A stretch of DNA of 64,000 bases from an uncultured Methylomirabilota bacterium (lineage in GTDB: Bacteria > Methylomirabilota > Methylomirabilia > Methylomirabilales > 2-02-FULL-66-22): contig OY970067.1 of assembly GCA_963705305.1 (NCBI GenBank), forward strand, positions 608,001 through 672,000, read 5' to 3'. The notes below the pieces were generated by a model. It did not search any database. It saw only the letters and a program-made list of their open reading frames with translations, and had not been told where the DNA came from. Below, in pieces: positions 8,602-17,703 of the stretch. The position numbers and the translations under genes were made by a program. Each line of letters starts with the position of its first letter. Positions within the stretch are counted from its first letter, which is position 1.

Positions 8602-9375
8602 TTACAAGAAGTACTCCAGCCTTCCCCCATTGATGTCCACGACCGCCCCGTTCAGGTAGGACGCCGCCTCGGAGGCCAGGAACGCCACGACGCGGCCGAT
8701 CTCCGGGGGCTCGCCGATGCGACCGAGCGGGATCTGCTGTTGGAGCTTTTCCACCGTCGGCGGTGCCAGTATCCCACGCACCGTCTCGGTGCCGATGAAT
8801 CCCGGCGCGATGACGTTGGCGGTGATGTCTTTGGGCCCCAGCTCGCGCGCCGCCGTCATGGTGAGGGCGACCACGCCCGCCTTGGCGGCCCCGTAGTGTC
8901 CCAGCGTGGGGCGCCCGCCGACCCGTCCGTGGATCGAGGAGGTATTGATGATCCGCCCCCACCCCCGCCGGACCATGTGGGGGGCTGCATGTTTGATGCA
9001 GAGAAAAACGCTCTTCAGATGATTGCCCACCATGAAGTCCCAGAGCTCTTCCGGCATCTCCAGCAGGGGGGTGTTGAGGTGCGGCCCGGTCGTGCCCGCG
9101 TTGTTGACCAGGATGTCCAGCCGGCCGAAGGCCTTCAGGGTCGTCTCCACCATCCGCTGAACATCGTCCCCCCGGCTCACATCGGCCTGCACCGAGATGG
9201 CCCGCCCTCCTCTGTCCAGCACCCCCCGGACGACCTGGTCCGCCTCGGCCATACTCTTGGCCGTCACCACCACCACCGCGGCCCCCTCGGCCGCCAGGGC
9301 TTCCGCCTCGGCCCGTCCGAGGCCCTTGCTGCCCCCCGTAACGATGGCCACCCGATCCTTCAGGCCCAGATCCAT
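8602..9375 (-). CDS. SDR family oxidoreductase (FabG-like)
   Basis: TGGSKGLG, LVNNAG, YGAAK catalytic motif, IAPGFI. Confidence 0.92.
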   Translation of the reverse strand: MDLGLKDRVAIVTGGSKGLGRAEAEALAAEGAAVVVVTAKSMAEADQVVRGVLDRGGRAISVQADVSRGDDVQRMVETTLKAFGRLDILVNNAGTTGPHLNTPLLEMPEELWDFMVGNHLKSVFLCIKHAAPHMVRRGWGRIINTSSIHGRVGGRPTLGHYGAAKAGVVALTMTAARELGPKDITANVIAPGFIGTETVRGILAPPTVEKLQQQIPLGRIGEPPEIGRVVAFLASEAASYLNGAVVDINGGRLEYFL

Positions 9376-9393
9376 GACGCCCCCTTTCCAAGA

Positions 9394-9428
9394 GCCAACG
9401 GCAGACCGACATCGGACAACCGGCACCC
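9394..9428. repeat. Degenerate 7-nt tandem array upstream of the SDR gene
   Basis: GCCAACG GCAGACC GACATCG GACAACC GGCACCC; loosely complementary to the GGTTGTC arm at 8521-8550. Confidence 0.55.
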
Positions 9429-9595
9429 GGTCAATCCATCATCGCTGGGACAAAGTGAGGATATCGTGCATGACCCCGCTGTTCAGCCAAAATGAGTTGA
9501 GAGCCGACTAGCGCTCCACCCCTCCTTCGTTTCGGGCACTCCCCGGTAGCCCACAGGCTCGCTCTCAGCCATGCCCTCCCCGCATGGAGGCGGGT

Positions 9596-10894
9596 TCACT
9601 TGGGCATGATAAGCAGCCCGCCCCACAGCTTAGGCAGCGCGAGGGAGAACCAGGGGACATACGAGAGGAGCAGGATCGTCCCGAACATGATGACCAGGAA
9701 GGGCAGCATCGGCCGGATCAGCCGCTTCATGTTCACCCCGGCCAGCGAGGTCACCACAAAACAGGCGGTCCCCAGTGGCGGGGTCACCAGCGAAATGCCG
9801 AACACTGCGAGGGAAAAGATGGCGAAATGGATGGGGTGCATCCCCGCCTTCTCGGCCAGCGGCATGAACAGCGGGATCAGGATGACTAGGGCGGGGATGC
9901 CGTCGAGCATGGCACCCAGTACCCAAAAGACCACCGTGAGCAAGGTGATGAAGAGCAGGTAGTTATTGAGGACCCCCGCCGCAAGCGCGGCCAGATCGTT
10001 AGAGGCCTGCGTGTACGCCATCACGTAGGCGATGGCCGACGCGGCGCCCACCAGCCCGATCACGATCCCGGTCAGCCGGACGGTCGAGATCAGTACGCGC
10101 CTCACCTTCTCCCAGGTGAGCTCATGGTAGAGCAGCACGCTCACCAAGAGCGCATATAGAACCGCCACCGCGGCAGACTCTGTCGCCGTGAAAACCCCGG
10201 AGAGAATCCCGCCCAGGATAATCCCGGGGGCGATGAGCGCCGGGATCGCCCCGAGACAGGCGCCTACCATCTGGCGTCCCGAGAACGTCATGCGTTCATG
10301 GCTTGGCTCCCATCGCATCTTGGCCTTGTACCAGATGACGATCGCCTTGGAGAGGCCGATGAGGGCGGCCGGAAAGAGGGAGGCCAAGAACAGCTGCCTG
10401 ATGGAGAGGTTCGCGATGGTGCCCAGCACGATCATGGTGATGGAGGGCGGGATCAGAATGCCAGTGCCGGCGGCGGCCGCGACGATGCACGAGGCCCATT
10501 CCTTCCGGTAGCCGGCCTCGTGCATCATAGGGAGCATCACCGACCCAATGGCGGCGGCATCGGCGTTGACGGACCCCGAGATGCCCGAGAAGATCATGGT
10601 GCTGACCACGACCGAGATGCCCAAGCCCCCAGGCAGCCAGCCCACCAACATGACGACGAACTTCGCCAATCGGGCGGAGATCCCGCCCTTGTCCATGATC
10701 TCTCCGGCGAGCACGAAGAGCGGAATGGCGAGCAGCGTGAAGGAGCTCATGCCGTAGAAGGCCGTCTGCGCCAGCAGATACGCCGGCCGTTCGTACGTCA
10801 CCAGGGCAGTCCAGGTTCCCACGCTCATGGCGGCCAGGATGGGGGCGCCCAGGAGCAGCAAGGCCAAGAACGCGACCGTGAGGACTAGTGCCAT
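9596..10894 (-). CDS. dctM: TRAP transporter large permease
   Basis: LLAIPLFVLAGEIM, FSGISGS..ADAAA, LIPPSI, TATES, HPIHF, TPPLG. Confidence 0.93.
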   Translation of the reverse strand: MALVLTVAFLALLLLGAPILAAMSVGTWTALVTYERPAYLLAQTAFYGMSSFTLLAIPLFVLAGEIMDKGGISARLAKFVVMLVGWLPGGLGISVVVSTMIFSGISGSVNADAAAIGSVMLPMMHEAGYRKEWASCIVAAAAGTGILIPPSITMIVLGTIANLSIRQLFLASLFPAALIGLSKAIVIWYKAKMRWEPSHERMTFSGRQMVGACLGAIPALIAPGIILGGILSGVFTATESAAVAVLYALLVSVLLYHELTWEKVRRVLISTVRLTGIVIGLVGAASAIAYVMAYTQASNDLAALAAGVLNNYLLFITLLTVVFWVLGAMLDGIPALVILIPLFMPLAEKAGMHPIHFAIFSLAVFGISLVTPPLGTACFVVTSLAGVNMKRLIRPMLPFLVIMFGTILLLSYVPWFSLALPKLWGGLLIMPK

Positions 10895-11412
10895 GCCTTC
10901 GGCGCCTCCTCTCCACGGAGCAGCCCCGGCAGATCCCGGAGCGTGTGCCAGAGCCCCAGCGTCCCGCCGACCGGCAGCCCGCAGTAGACCACCCATATCG
11001 GGAGCCCCGTGGCCGGTGACCGCTGGACGTGCTGGAGGAAGCTCAACTCCAGCCCGCCCACGCCCAAGAAGAGGAACATCCCGGCGGTCCCCAGCCAGCA
11101 GATCCAGTCCACGGGCCGCTGGAGCGCCCTGGGCAACTTCGGCAGCACCTGCATGGCCGGATGGGCTCGTTCCCGTTGGGCGACGGCCATCCCCAGGAAG
11201 GTGATCCAGAGCAGGAGATACGTGGCGGTTTCCCCGGACCAGGACAGAGGCTGATGCAGGAAAAACCGGAAAATGATCTGGAGGATCACGACCGTCACCA
11301 CCGTGATGACGAGGACGATCCCGAGCACATTCTCAAACCGCGCAATCCCACGATCGATGGTGCGCCCGAGGGAAGAGGAGGGTCGAGCGCAGCTGGCCGC
11401 GGTCGGTTCCAT
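10885..11412 (-). CDS. dctQ: TRAP transporter small permease
   Basis: 4 TM; QIIFRFFL..PLSWSGE, WITFLG, SPATGLP; start could also be 11475. Confidence 0.88.
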   Translation of the reverse strand: MEPTAASCARPSSSLGRTIDRGIARFENVLGIVLVITVVTVVILQIIFRFFLHQPLSWSGETATYLLLWITFLGMAVAQRERAHPAMQVLPKLPRALQRPVDWICWLGTAGMFLFLGVGGLELSFLQHVQRSPATGLPIWVVYCGLPVGGTLGLWHTLRDLPGLLRGEEAPKAWH

Positions 11413-11451
11413 GCCAGAATCCCCCACAGGCGATCGAGGTTGGAAGGTTGC

Positions 11452-11501
11452 GCACGGCGCCACGGAGGGGGACATCACGCCCCCCCTCCGTGGCGCCGTG
11501 C
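11452..11501. other. Perfect 20-bp intercistronic hairpin between dctP and dctQ
   Basis: GCACGGCGCCACGGAGGGGG, N10, CCCCCTCCGTGGCGCCGTGC; typical of an mRNA-stabilising or attenuating stem after a binding-protein gene. Confidence 0.7.
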
Positions 11502-11540
11502 AGTCCGGCGCGCCCCCCCGGCGGGGGCCGCACGCATGGC

Positions 11541-12542
11541 CTACTGGTATTCCTTCAAGATCGGGTACAGCTCGCCCAGGCTGGGGCCGTATTTCTCCAG
11601 CACCGGGCGCGCGGCCTTCTGGAAAGCCGGGATGTCGGCGTCGTTGATCTTGACGCCAAGGGCTTTTGCCTTCTCGTAGTTCTTCTGCTCGTCGTCGGCC
11701 CAGGCCTTCCGCTCGAAGGGAATGGTCTCCTTGCCGGCCTGGAGGATCGCCTTCTGGATCTCGGGGGTCTGCTGGTTGAGCCACTTCACACTGACGAACA
11801 ATGGATCCACGCTGTAGAAGTGGTGGGTGAGGGAGAAGTAGGGCGCCACCTCGAAGTGCTTCATGGTCAGGTACCATGTGATGGAGTTCTCGGCCCCGTC
11901 AATGACCCCTTGCTGGATGCCGTTGTAAACCTCGTTGGCTTCCATCGGCGTCGCCTGAGCCCCAAGGATGTTGAACGTGTCGATCATGACGGGGTCCGGC
12001 ATGGAGCGTATCCGCAGCCCCAGCCTCTTCAGGTCATCGGGGGTGCGGATCGGCCCTTTCTTATTGTAGAAATCCCGCGTGCCCGAGTAATAGAGGCCGA
12101 GCAGCTTGAAGCCGTACTTCTCGGCAATTGCCCCATACGTCTGTCCCAGCTTGCCATCGAAAGCTGCAAAGAGCTTCTCAAGGCTGGGGAACGAATAAGG
12201 CAGGCTCCAGATGGAGAGCCGCTTATCGTACGTGCTCATGAAGGCTCCCCCGGTCTTGGCAATCTCGAGCGCGCCGCTGGCGACCTGCTCGTTCATCTGC
12301 GTGTGGCCACCGAGCTGCGCATTCATGAAAATCTTGACCTCGACCCGGCCGTTTGTGAGCTCAGCCACCCGCTTGGCGAAGAACTGATGGGCGAAGAATT
12401 CTGGATTCTGCTCGGTGCCCGTATCCCCCAGGCGGATGACCGTGGCAGCGGCCGCAGCGGGCGCTGTCGGGGTCAGCAGGCACAGGGCGAGAGCCAAGAG
12501 AATAAGGGTCGGAGGAATTCGCTGCCAGACAAAGTGTCGCAT
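11541..12542 (-). CDS. dctP: TRAP substrate-binding protein
   Basis: Signal peptide; TNGRVEVKIF, LPYSF, LRIRSM, EVYNGIQQGVIDGAEN, YFSLTHH. Confidence 0.93.
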   Translation of the reverse strand: MRHFVWQRIPPTLILLALALCLLTPTAPAAAAATVIRLGDTGTEQNPEFFAHQFFAKRVAELTNGRVEVKIFMNAQLGGHTQMNEQVASGALEIAKTGGAFMSTYDKRLSIWSLPYSFPSLEKLFAAFDGKLGQTYGAIAEKYGFKLLGLYYSGTRDFYNKKGPIRTPDDLKRLGLRIRSMPDPVMIDTFNILGAQATPMEANEVYNGIQQGVIDGAENSITWYLTMKHFEVAPYFSLTHHFYSVDPLFVSVKWLNQQTPEIQKAILQAGKETIPFERKAWADDEQKNYEKAKALGVKINDADIPAFQKAARPVLEKYGPSLGELYPILKEYQ

Positions 12543-12673
12543 TGTTCAGGACCTCCCACGCGGTTGCAAGGCGAAAGCGGAAACCACCACTGTGCGGAAC
12601 GATCAAGCCCCTGGAGCAGGAACCGATCACCTCCTTTACCAGATGATCCCCTCAAAAAGCGGCCACCGGTGCA

Positions 12674-13390
12674 TCACAGACGGCACGTTGCCGCGGACTC
12701 AAACTTCACGCGATCAATCCGATACGACATGACCCCGGCTTCTGCCGGCTGCCCGTTCTGGAAGTAGCGGGTGGAGGTATTGACGAGGACGAGGACCCCG
12801 GGGACTATCCCCAGGAGGCTAGCCACCTCGTAGGTCACGGGGGTGATTTCCGTCTCCCAGGTATCCAAGACGATCTTCAGGCCCGCCAGCTTCTCCAGCA
12901 GGTGCAAGACGGGGCTGGTAGCCACCAACTGGGGGTTGAATTGTGCGCTTAGTGCGGAGGGGATGTAGTGCTGATCGAGGCAGAAGATGCGATCGTCCAC
13001 GGCCCGAATCAACGAAAGGCAGGCGACCGTCTCATGTGGCGCGAGGCGGAGGCGCGGGCGGATCGGGTCGGGGGGGGTGGTCGCGGGCTGCCATTGCGCC
13101 ACCCGCGTCTCCAGCTTGAGGCCCTGATCGTGCAGATCCTGTTCGATGGTGGTGAGCGGGAGGAGGTGGCGGGTGATCTTCGGAGGATTGACTATGGTCC
13201 CCCGCCCCCGCTCTCTGGACAGCAGCCCTTTTTGCTCGAGGCAGGAGAGCGCACGCCGGACCGTCACCCGGCTGACTTGGAAGCGCCGGGCCAGTTGCTG
13301 CTCTGCTGGCAGGAGCGAATTAGGGCCCATGCCCAGCATCTGCTCTTCCAGCGCTTCTGCGATAACCCAGTACTTTGCCCGGGTCCCCAT
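12674..13390 (-). CDS. GntR family regulator, HutC/UTRA type
   Basis: LPAEQQLARRFQVSRVTVRRAL...GRGTIV wHTH plus a UTRA-like C-terminus. Confidence 0.92.
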   Translation of the reverse strand: MGTRAKYWVIAEALEEQMLGMGPNSLLPAEQQLARRFQVSRVTVRRALSCLEQKGLLSRERGRGTIVNPPKITRHLLPLTTIEQDLHDQGLKLETRVAQWQPATTPPDPIRPRLRLAPHETVACLSLIRAVDDRIFCLDQHYIPSALSAQFNPQLVATSPVLHLLEKLAGLKIVLDTWETEITPVTYEVASLLGIVPGVLVLVNTSTRYFQNGQPAEAGVMSYRIDRVKFESAATCRL

Positions 13391-13408
13391 CGATTGCCTC
13401 GTATTTTT

Positions 13409-13457
13409 ATAATAAAAACATCCCTACCTATCTGTCAATACCTATATGTCTAGACAT
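13409..13457 (-). promoter_or_regulatory. Promoter and palindromic HutC-type operator upstream of gntR
   Basis: Minus-strand TTGACA (13438-13433), N18, TATTAT; perfect palindrome ATGTCTAGACAT at 13446-13457 fits the HutC-subfamily GT-N-TA-N-AC core. Confidence 0.65.
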
Positions 13458-13612
13458 TACAATTCAACAATTCTCTCCTCTCTCCTCCGCTAACAGCTTA
13501 GCAGTTCTGTCCCATGGCGGGTAAAGGGTGGTGAGCCCGGTTGAGTACCAAAAAACGGACCCACAACAACCTGTGGGCCACTCCAATACCACCTGGCCGC
13601 TCCTGGTCGCGA

Positions 13613-14644
13613 CTAGGCCTTGAGCACCTCCGCCACCAGCGGGGCGACCGCAACCGGCATCCCGGTTTCCACCGAGATAATCGTCGCCTCGATGATGGCC
13701 AGCGTCCGAACGTTGTCTTCCAGGTGCGTCTCCGGCTTCCGCCCCTCACGGATGGCCGTCAGGAATTCCCGCAGGGCATAGGCCTGGTCGGTGAACGACA
13801 ACGGGACGGGAGGGATCACCTCGGACGCCCCCGTCTCGTCGTACCAGCGTACCCGCGAATCGGCCTCCAGCCTGAGCATCCCCCGCTCTCCCATCACCGT
13901 GATGATCCCGTCCTGCGGGGTGCCGGGGCCGCGCCCCACCATCGTCCCGGTGTAGGCCACACTCATCCCCTGCTCGAAGGAGAGGATCGCATCCACGCCG
14001 GGAACGCCCTGGTACCAGCTCCAGGGGGGGCGCACGCCGACTGCCATGACCTGCCGGCACTCCAGACCGGTGCAGGCGCGCATGAGGTCGATGTGGTGCG
14101 GGGCCATGTCGAGGAGGAAGGGATGCGCCATCTTCTCCCGCCACCCATCCGTGGTTGTCCGCGTGATGGCCTGCCGGAACTCGTAGCCGATCGAGGCGAT
14201 CGTCCCGACCCGCCCGTCGCGCAGCGCCGCGCGCAGTGTCTGCGTCTGCGGCCGCCAGCGGTAGTTTTGATCCACCATCACCACCGATCCGGCCGCCCGT
14301 CGGGCGGCCCGGATCACCTCCCCGGCTTCGGCAACGGTCATCGCCAGCGGCTTTTCGGTGAGGACGTGCAGGCCGCGAGCCAGCGCGGCGACGATCGCCT
14401 CCTTGTGGACCATCTCGGGGAGAGCCACGATCGCCGCCTGAGCCTCCGAGCGAGCCAAGCCCTCCTCGATGGTGGCGAAGCGGCGAGCCGCCGGAACCTT
14501 GAACTCTTCCCCGACTGCGGCCAGCAGGTCCGGATGCTTGCCCACGAGCCCCGCCACCTCGCATTCCGGACAGGCCGACAGCTCGCGCAGCCAGTTTCTG
14601 CCAAAGAACCCTGTGCCCAAGACGAGAACGCGCAGCCTGTTCAT
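13613..14644 (-). CDS. Gfo/Idh/MocA family oxidoreductase
   Basis: VLGTGFFG, HVLTEKPLA, QNYRW, LLDMAPHHIDL. Confidence 0.92.
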   Translation of the reverse strand: MNRLRVLVLGTGFFGRNWLRELSACPECEVAGLVGKHPDLLAAVGEEFKVPAARRFATIEEGLARSEAQAAIVALPEMVHKEAIVAALARGLHVLTEKPLAMTVAEAGEVIRAARRAAGSVVMVDQNYRWRPQTQTLRAALRDGRVGTIASIGYEFRQAITRTTTDGWREKMAHPFLLDMAPHHIDLMRACTGLECRQVMAVGVRPPWSWYQGVPGVDAILSFEQGMSVAYTGTMVGRGPGTPQDGIITVMGERGMLRLEADSRVRWYDETGASEVIPPVPLSFTDQAYALREFLTAIREGRKPETHLEDNVRTLAIIEATIISVETGMPVAVAPLVAEVLKA

Positions 14645-14660
14645 GGGTACCTCGTTGAGA

Positions 14661-14696
14661 AGCAATCAGCAATCAGCTTTCAGCGCTCAGCTTCAG
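14661..14696. repeat. 7-nt tandem array, downstream flank of the four-helix-bundle gene
   Basis: AGCAATC AGCAATC AGCTTTC AGCGCTC AGCTTC AG; overlaps the gene's last codons. Confidence 0.75.
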
Positions 14697-15032
14697 AATG
14701 AAACGCGCCAGCATTCGTTTCACTTCAGCGGTGCCCCGGCTCAGACCCTCATACTCGTCCAGATCGAGATAGGCAAGCTCACGAGAGAGAAGGAGGTCAT
14801 ACTCGAGTTCGCTGGCGGATCCCATGGCAATCTGGAGGAACCGGCCGAAATCCGCATCTCCCCCTCACCCGCAGCCCTCCGCAATATTCCTCGCAATGGA
14901 GCTGGAGCTCCGCCGCATCTGGCCAATCAAGCCGTACTGTTCTTCCTTGGGGAATTTCCGCGTGGCCTCGTACACTTTCAGCGTCAGATGGGGAGCCTTC
15001 TGCCAGACTTTCAGCTTGCGAAAATCTTTCAT
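14673..15032 (-). pseudogene. Four-helix-bundle protein (23S rRNA IVS-protein / bAvd-like family) with an in-frame TGA at codon 56; missed by the ORF track
   Basis: My translation: MKDFRKLKVWQKA...FPKEEQYGLIGQMRRSSSSIARNIAEGCG*GGDADFGRFLQIAMGSASELEY...EVKRMLARFILKLSAES*; TGA at 14865-14867 where Arg (EGCGR) is expected. Confidence 0.88.
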
Positions 15033-15050
15033 TTCGGCACCATGTTATTG

Positions 15051-15080
15051 CCTGACGGCTGACTGCTGAAAGCTGGAAGC
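15051..15080. repeat. 7-nt tandem array, upstream flank of the four-helix-bundle gene, inverted relative to 14661-14696
   Basis: CCTGACG GCTGACT GCTGAAA GCTGGAA GC. Confidence 0.75.
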
Positions 15081-15083
15081 CCG

Positions 15084-15857
15084 TTAAAGCGCGGCCAGAA
15101 TCCCCCCGTCCACGTAGATGATCTGCCCGCTCACGAAATCCGACGCCCGCGAAGAGAGGAAGACGGCGGCCCCCACCAGCTCCGACGGATCTCCCCAGCG
15201 CCCCATGGGCGTTCGCCCGCGAATCCACGCGTCGAATTTGGGGTCCTCGTAGAGGGGCCGATTCATCTCGGTGGTGAAGTAGCCGGGACCGATGCCGTTC
15301 ACTTGGATGTTGTACTTTCCCCACTCCACGGTCATGGCCTTGGTGAGCATCTTCACGCCGCCCTTGGCCGCCGTGTAGGCCCCCACGGTGGGCCGCCCCA
15401 TCTCGCACATCAGGGAGCAGATGTTGATGATCTTGCCCGCCTTGCGGGCGATCATGCCCTGGACCACTTGCCGGGTCACCAGGAAGAGCCCGGTCAGGTT
15501 GATGTCCAGGACCTCCCGCCACACCGCCTCCTCGAACTGCTCCAGGGGGCTCCGCCGCTGGATGCCGGCGTTGTTGACCAGGATGTCGATGTGACCGACC
15601 GCCTTTTCCAGAGCCGGGATCTTTTCCTGGAGCTGGGCCGCCTTCGACACGTCGAAACAGCAGCCCGAGACCTCCAGCCCCTCCCGGGAAAGGGCCGAGA
15701 CGGCCCGGTGGAGCTTGTCCTCGCTCCGGCCGTTCAGCACGAGCCGGGCCCCGGCCTGCCCCAGTCCGCGGGCAATGGCCATTCCCAGCCCCTGATACGA
15801 GCCGGTGATCAGGGCGACCCTTCCGGTCAGGTCGAAGAGCGGATTTGTCGTCGGCAT
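15084..15857 (-). CDS. SDR family, gluconate 5-dehydrogenase-like
   Basis: LFDLTGRVALITGS..GLG, NNAGIQRRSPL, INICSL, YTAAKGG, NGIGPGYF, RTPMGRWG. Confidence 0.88.
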   Translation of the reverse strand: MPTTNPLFDLTGRVALITGSYQGLGMAIARGLGQAGARLVLNGRSEDKLHRAVSALSREGLEVSGCCFDVSKAAQLQEKIPALEKAVGHIDILVNNAGIQRRSPLEQFEEAVWREVLDINLTGLFLVTRQVVQGMIARKAGKIINICSLMCEMGRPTVGAYTAAKGGVKMLTKAMTVEWGKYNIQVNGIGPGYFTTEMNRPLYEDPKFDAWIRGRTPMGRWGDPSELVGAAVFLSSRASDFVSGQIIYVDGGILAAL

Positions 15858-15915
15858 GTGTCCTCGTTCCTCCGCAATCGGATGGTGTCTCGGTGGAGAC
15901 GGCCGGATCGGCCGG

Positions 15916-16755
15916 TCACTTGAACTTGTCCACCATGTCCTGGATGCCGGGGATCCCGCTCATGATATGCCGGTACTCGTCCTTGAAATTTTGCACCAGC
16001 GAGCGCTGGTGCTTGCCCACCAGGACGGTGAAGATGTACTCCTCATGCCCAGGCGAAGTCACTGTCGGGTGGTACCCCCGGTCCAGCAGGAAGGTGTCTC
16101 CGTTTCGCGTCATGAAGCATTGCGACGAGCCGTCGGGCTGGAAACTGAGCTGGGCGCCGAAACCGTTCTCCGGACGGAAGCGGTAATGGTATAGCTCTTC
16201 GAAAGCGGTCTCGGCAGAACCCTGCTCCTCGTCGTGCTTGTGGGGCGGATAGCCGGACCAGCAGCCCTCGTCGCAGTACAGCTCGCTCACCAGCAGATTT
16301 CCCGCGCGGCTCGCCCCGTTGTGCCCGAGGACATGGAAGATCCGCCGGTGCGACTTGCTCTCGGCGGAGCCGATATCCACCACCTCCACCTCGGCGGGGA
16401 GCACGCGAAACGGCGGGAACTTCGTGTCGCAGCGGCCGCCCGCCACGGCGATCTCCGTCCCGGCCCGGCTGCCCCGCACCTCGACCGGGGCCCCGCTGGT
16501 TGCGTACACCGAATCCGCCTTCCCCGACCAGAGATCGGCCCGCTGTCCCACACCCTTGAACCATTGGCCGCCGACCTGGATGTCCGCCTGCCCCGAGAGG
16601 ACGACGTACACGGCCTCGAATCCCGGGGCGGCTGCGCGGTACTCCTCCCCGCGTCCGAGGCGGACCAGGTTGAAGTACGTCAGGGACAGGGTCCCGGTCT
16701 TCTCCGTAACGATCGGCTGGTTCCTGTTGTCGTAGCGGCGAACGAGTGCCGGCAT
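15916..16755 (-). CDS. iolB: 5-deoxy-glucuronate isomerase (IolB/KduI family)
   Basis: LLVSE, WSGYPPHKHD, EELYHYRF, GYHP. Confidence 0.88.
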   Translation of the reverse strand: MPALVRRYDNRNQPIVTEKTGTLSLTYFNLVRLGRGEEYRAAAPGFEAVYVVLSGQADIQVGGQWFKGVGQRADLWSGKADSVYATSGAPVEVRGSRAGTEIAVAGGRCDTKFPPFRVLPAEVEVVDIGSAESKSHRRIFHVLGHNGASRAGNLLVSELYCDEGCWSGYPPHKHDEEQGSAETAFEELYHYRFRPENGFGAQLSFQPDGSSQCFMTRNGDTFLLDRGYHPTVTSPGHEEYIFTVLVGKHQRSLVQNFKDEYRHIMSGIPGIQDMVDKFK

Positions 16756-16957
16756 GGGCTGCTCCTCTTCCTGGAGATTGGAAGGCGCCAATTCCCCGCG
16801 AGGCGTCTGTGCCGCGCTGGGAATCGGGAGAGCGCACCGTTCAGGGCGAAACGAACCGCAGTATCATAGCACCGATCAGGAAGGCTGACATCTTCAGATT
16901 GAGGTGGGGCGGCACGGCGACTTGTCTCGCGGCGGCTCCTCGCCCGTCGGCTCAATG

Positions 16958-17617
16958 TCAGCCGCCCAGGAGCGCCTTCAGGCGTGCCACAGCGGTTTCC
17001 GGCGCGGTGAGTACCGGCACGGCGACTCTCGCCTGGACCGCCGGTCGGGCCCTGGACATGGAGAACTGTGCCAGACAGATTACGTCCACGGCACCGGCCA
17101 ACCGCCCGGCGGCTTCCCCCACCAACTGGTCGTGCCTGGCCGCATCCCCGGCGCTGAGCGCCTCCATGGCCCCTGCGGCCAGTGCGCTTCTCACCTGAAG
17201 CTCCAGTCCCCGCCCTCTCGCCGAGGCCCGCAGCTGTTCCTCCTGGAGGGGTATCGTCGCGGGAAAGGTCGCCACCACGCCGATGCGCGTGCCCGCGTCC
17301 ACGGCGGCGGCCACCATGGCCTCGTCCGGCTTGAGGAGGGGGACGCATACGAGGCGCCTGGCCGCATCCATGGCAGGAGTGAAAGCGGAGCAGGTGAACA
17401 GGATGCCATCGGCGCCGGCACGCGCCGCGTATGCCGCCAGATCGCAGATCCGTTGCACGATGTGCGGCGTCAGGCCGCCCTCGCGTCCCAGTGCCGGGAG
17501 CAGGTCATCGTCCAGAAGGCTGGCCACCTCGGCCTCTGGCCATCCCTGCGTGAAGGCCTCAAGGATCGGGGGCATCGAAATGGGAATGGCATGGATCAGC
17601 GTGATGCGCGGCCTCAA
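16958..17617 (-). CDS. Asp/Glu/hydantoin racemase family protein
   Basis: ITLIHA, LLDD, GADGILFTCSAF, LKPDEAM, CLAQFSM; TTG start with RBS. Confidence 0.8.
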   Translation of the reverse strand: MRPRITLIHAIPISMPPILEAFTQGWPEAEVASLLDDDLLPALGREGGLTPHIVQRICDLAAYAARAGADGILFTCSAFTPAMDAARRLVCVPLLKPDEAMVAAAVDAGTRIGVVATFPATIPLQEEQLRASARGRGLELQVRSALAAGAMEALSAGDAARHDQLVGEAAGRLAGAVDVICLAQFSMSRARPAVQARVAVPVLTAPETAVARLKALLGG

Positions 17618-17644
17618 TGCGTTCCTCTCAAAAGGGTTCGACAG

Positions 17645-17681
17645 CGGCGGCGGAGACGTTCAGCGCGCATCTCCGCCGCCG
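17645..17681. other. 12-bp intercistronic hairpin
   Basis: CGGCGGCGGAGA ... TCTCCGCCGCCG between the Ldh_2 and racemase genes. Confidence 0.5.
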
Positions 17682-17703
17682 TGGTCGCGGCTGCTGTGGA
17701 TCT

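Noticed and set aside
14865..14867. In-frame TGA as possible selenocysteine
   Set aside because: The position corresponds to Arg in EGCGR, not Cys; a CGA>TGA transition is the simpler explanation
14673..15032. Diversity-generating retroelement suggested by the Avd-like protein
   Set aside because: No reverse transcriptase and no TR/VR repeat pair seen in the window
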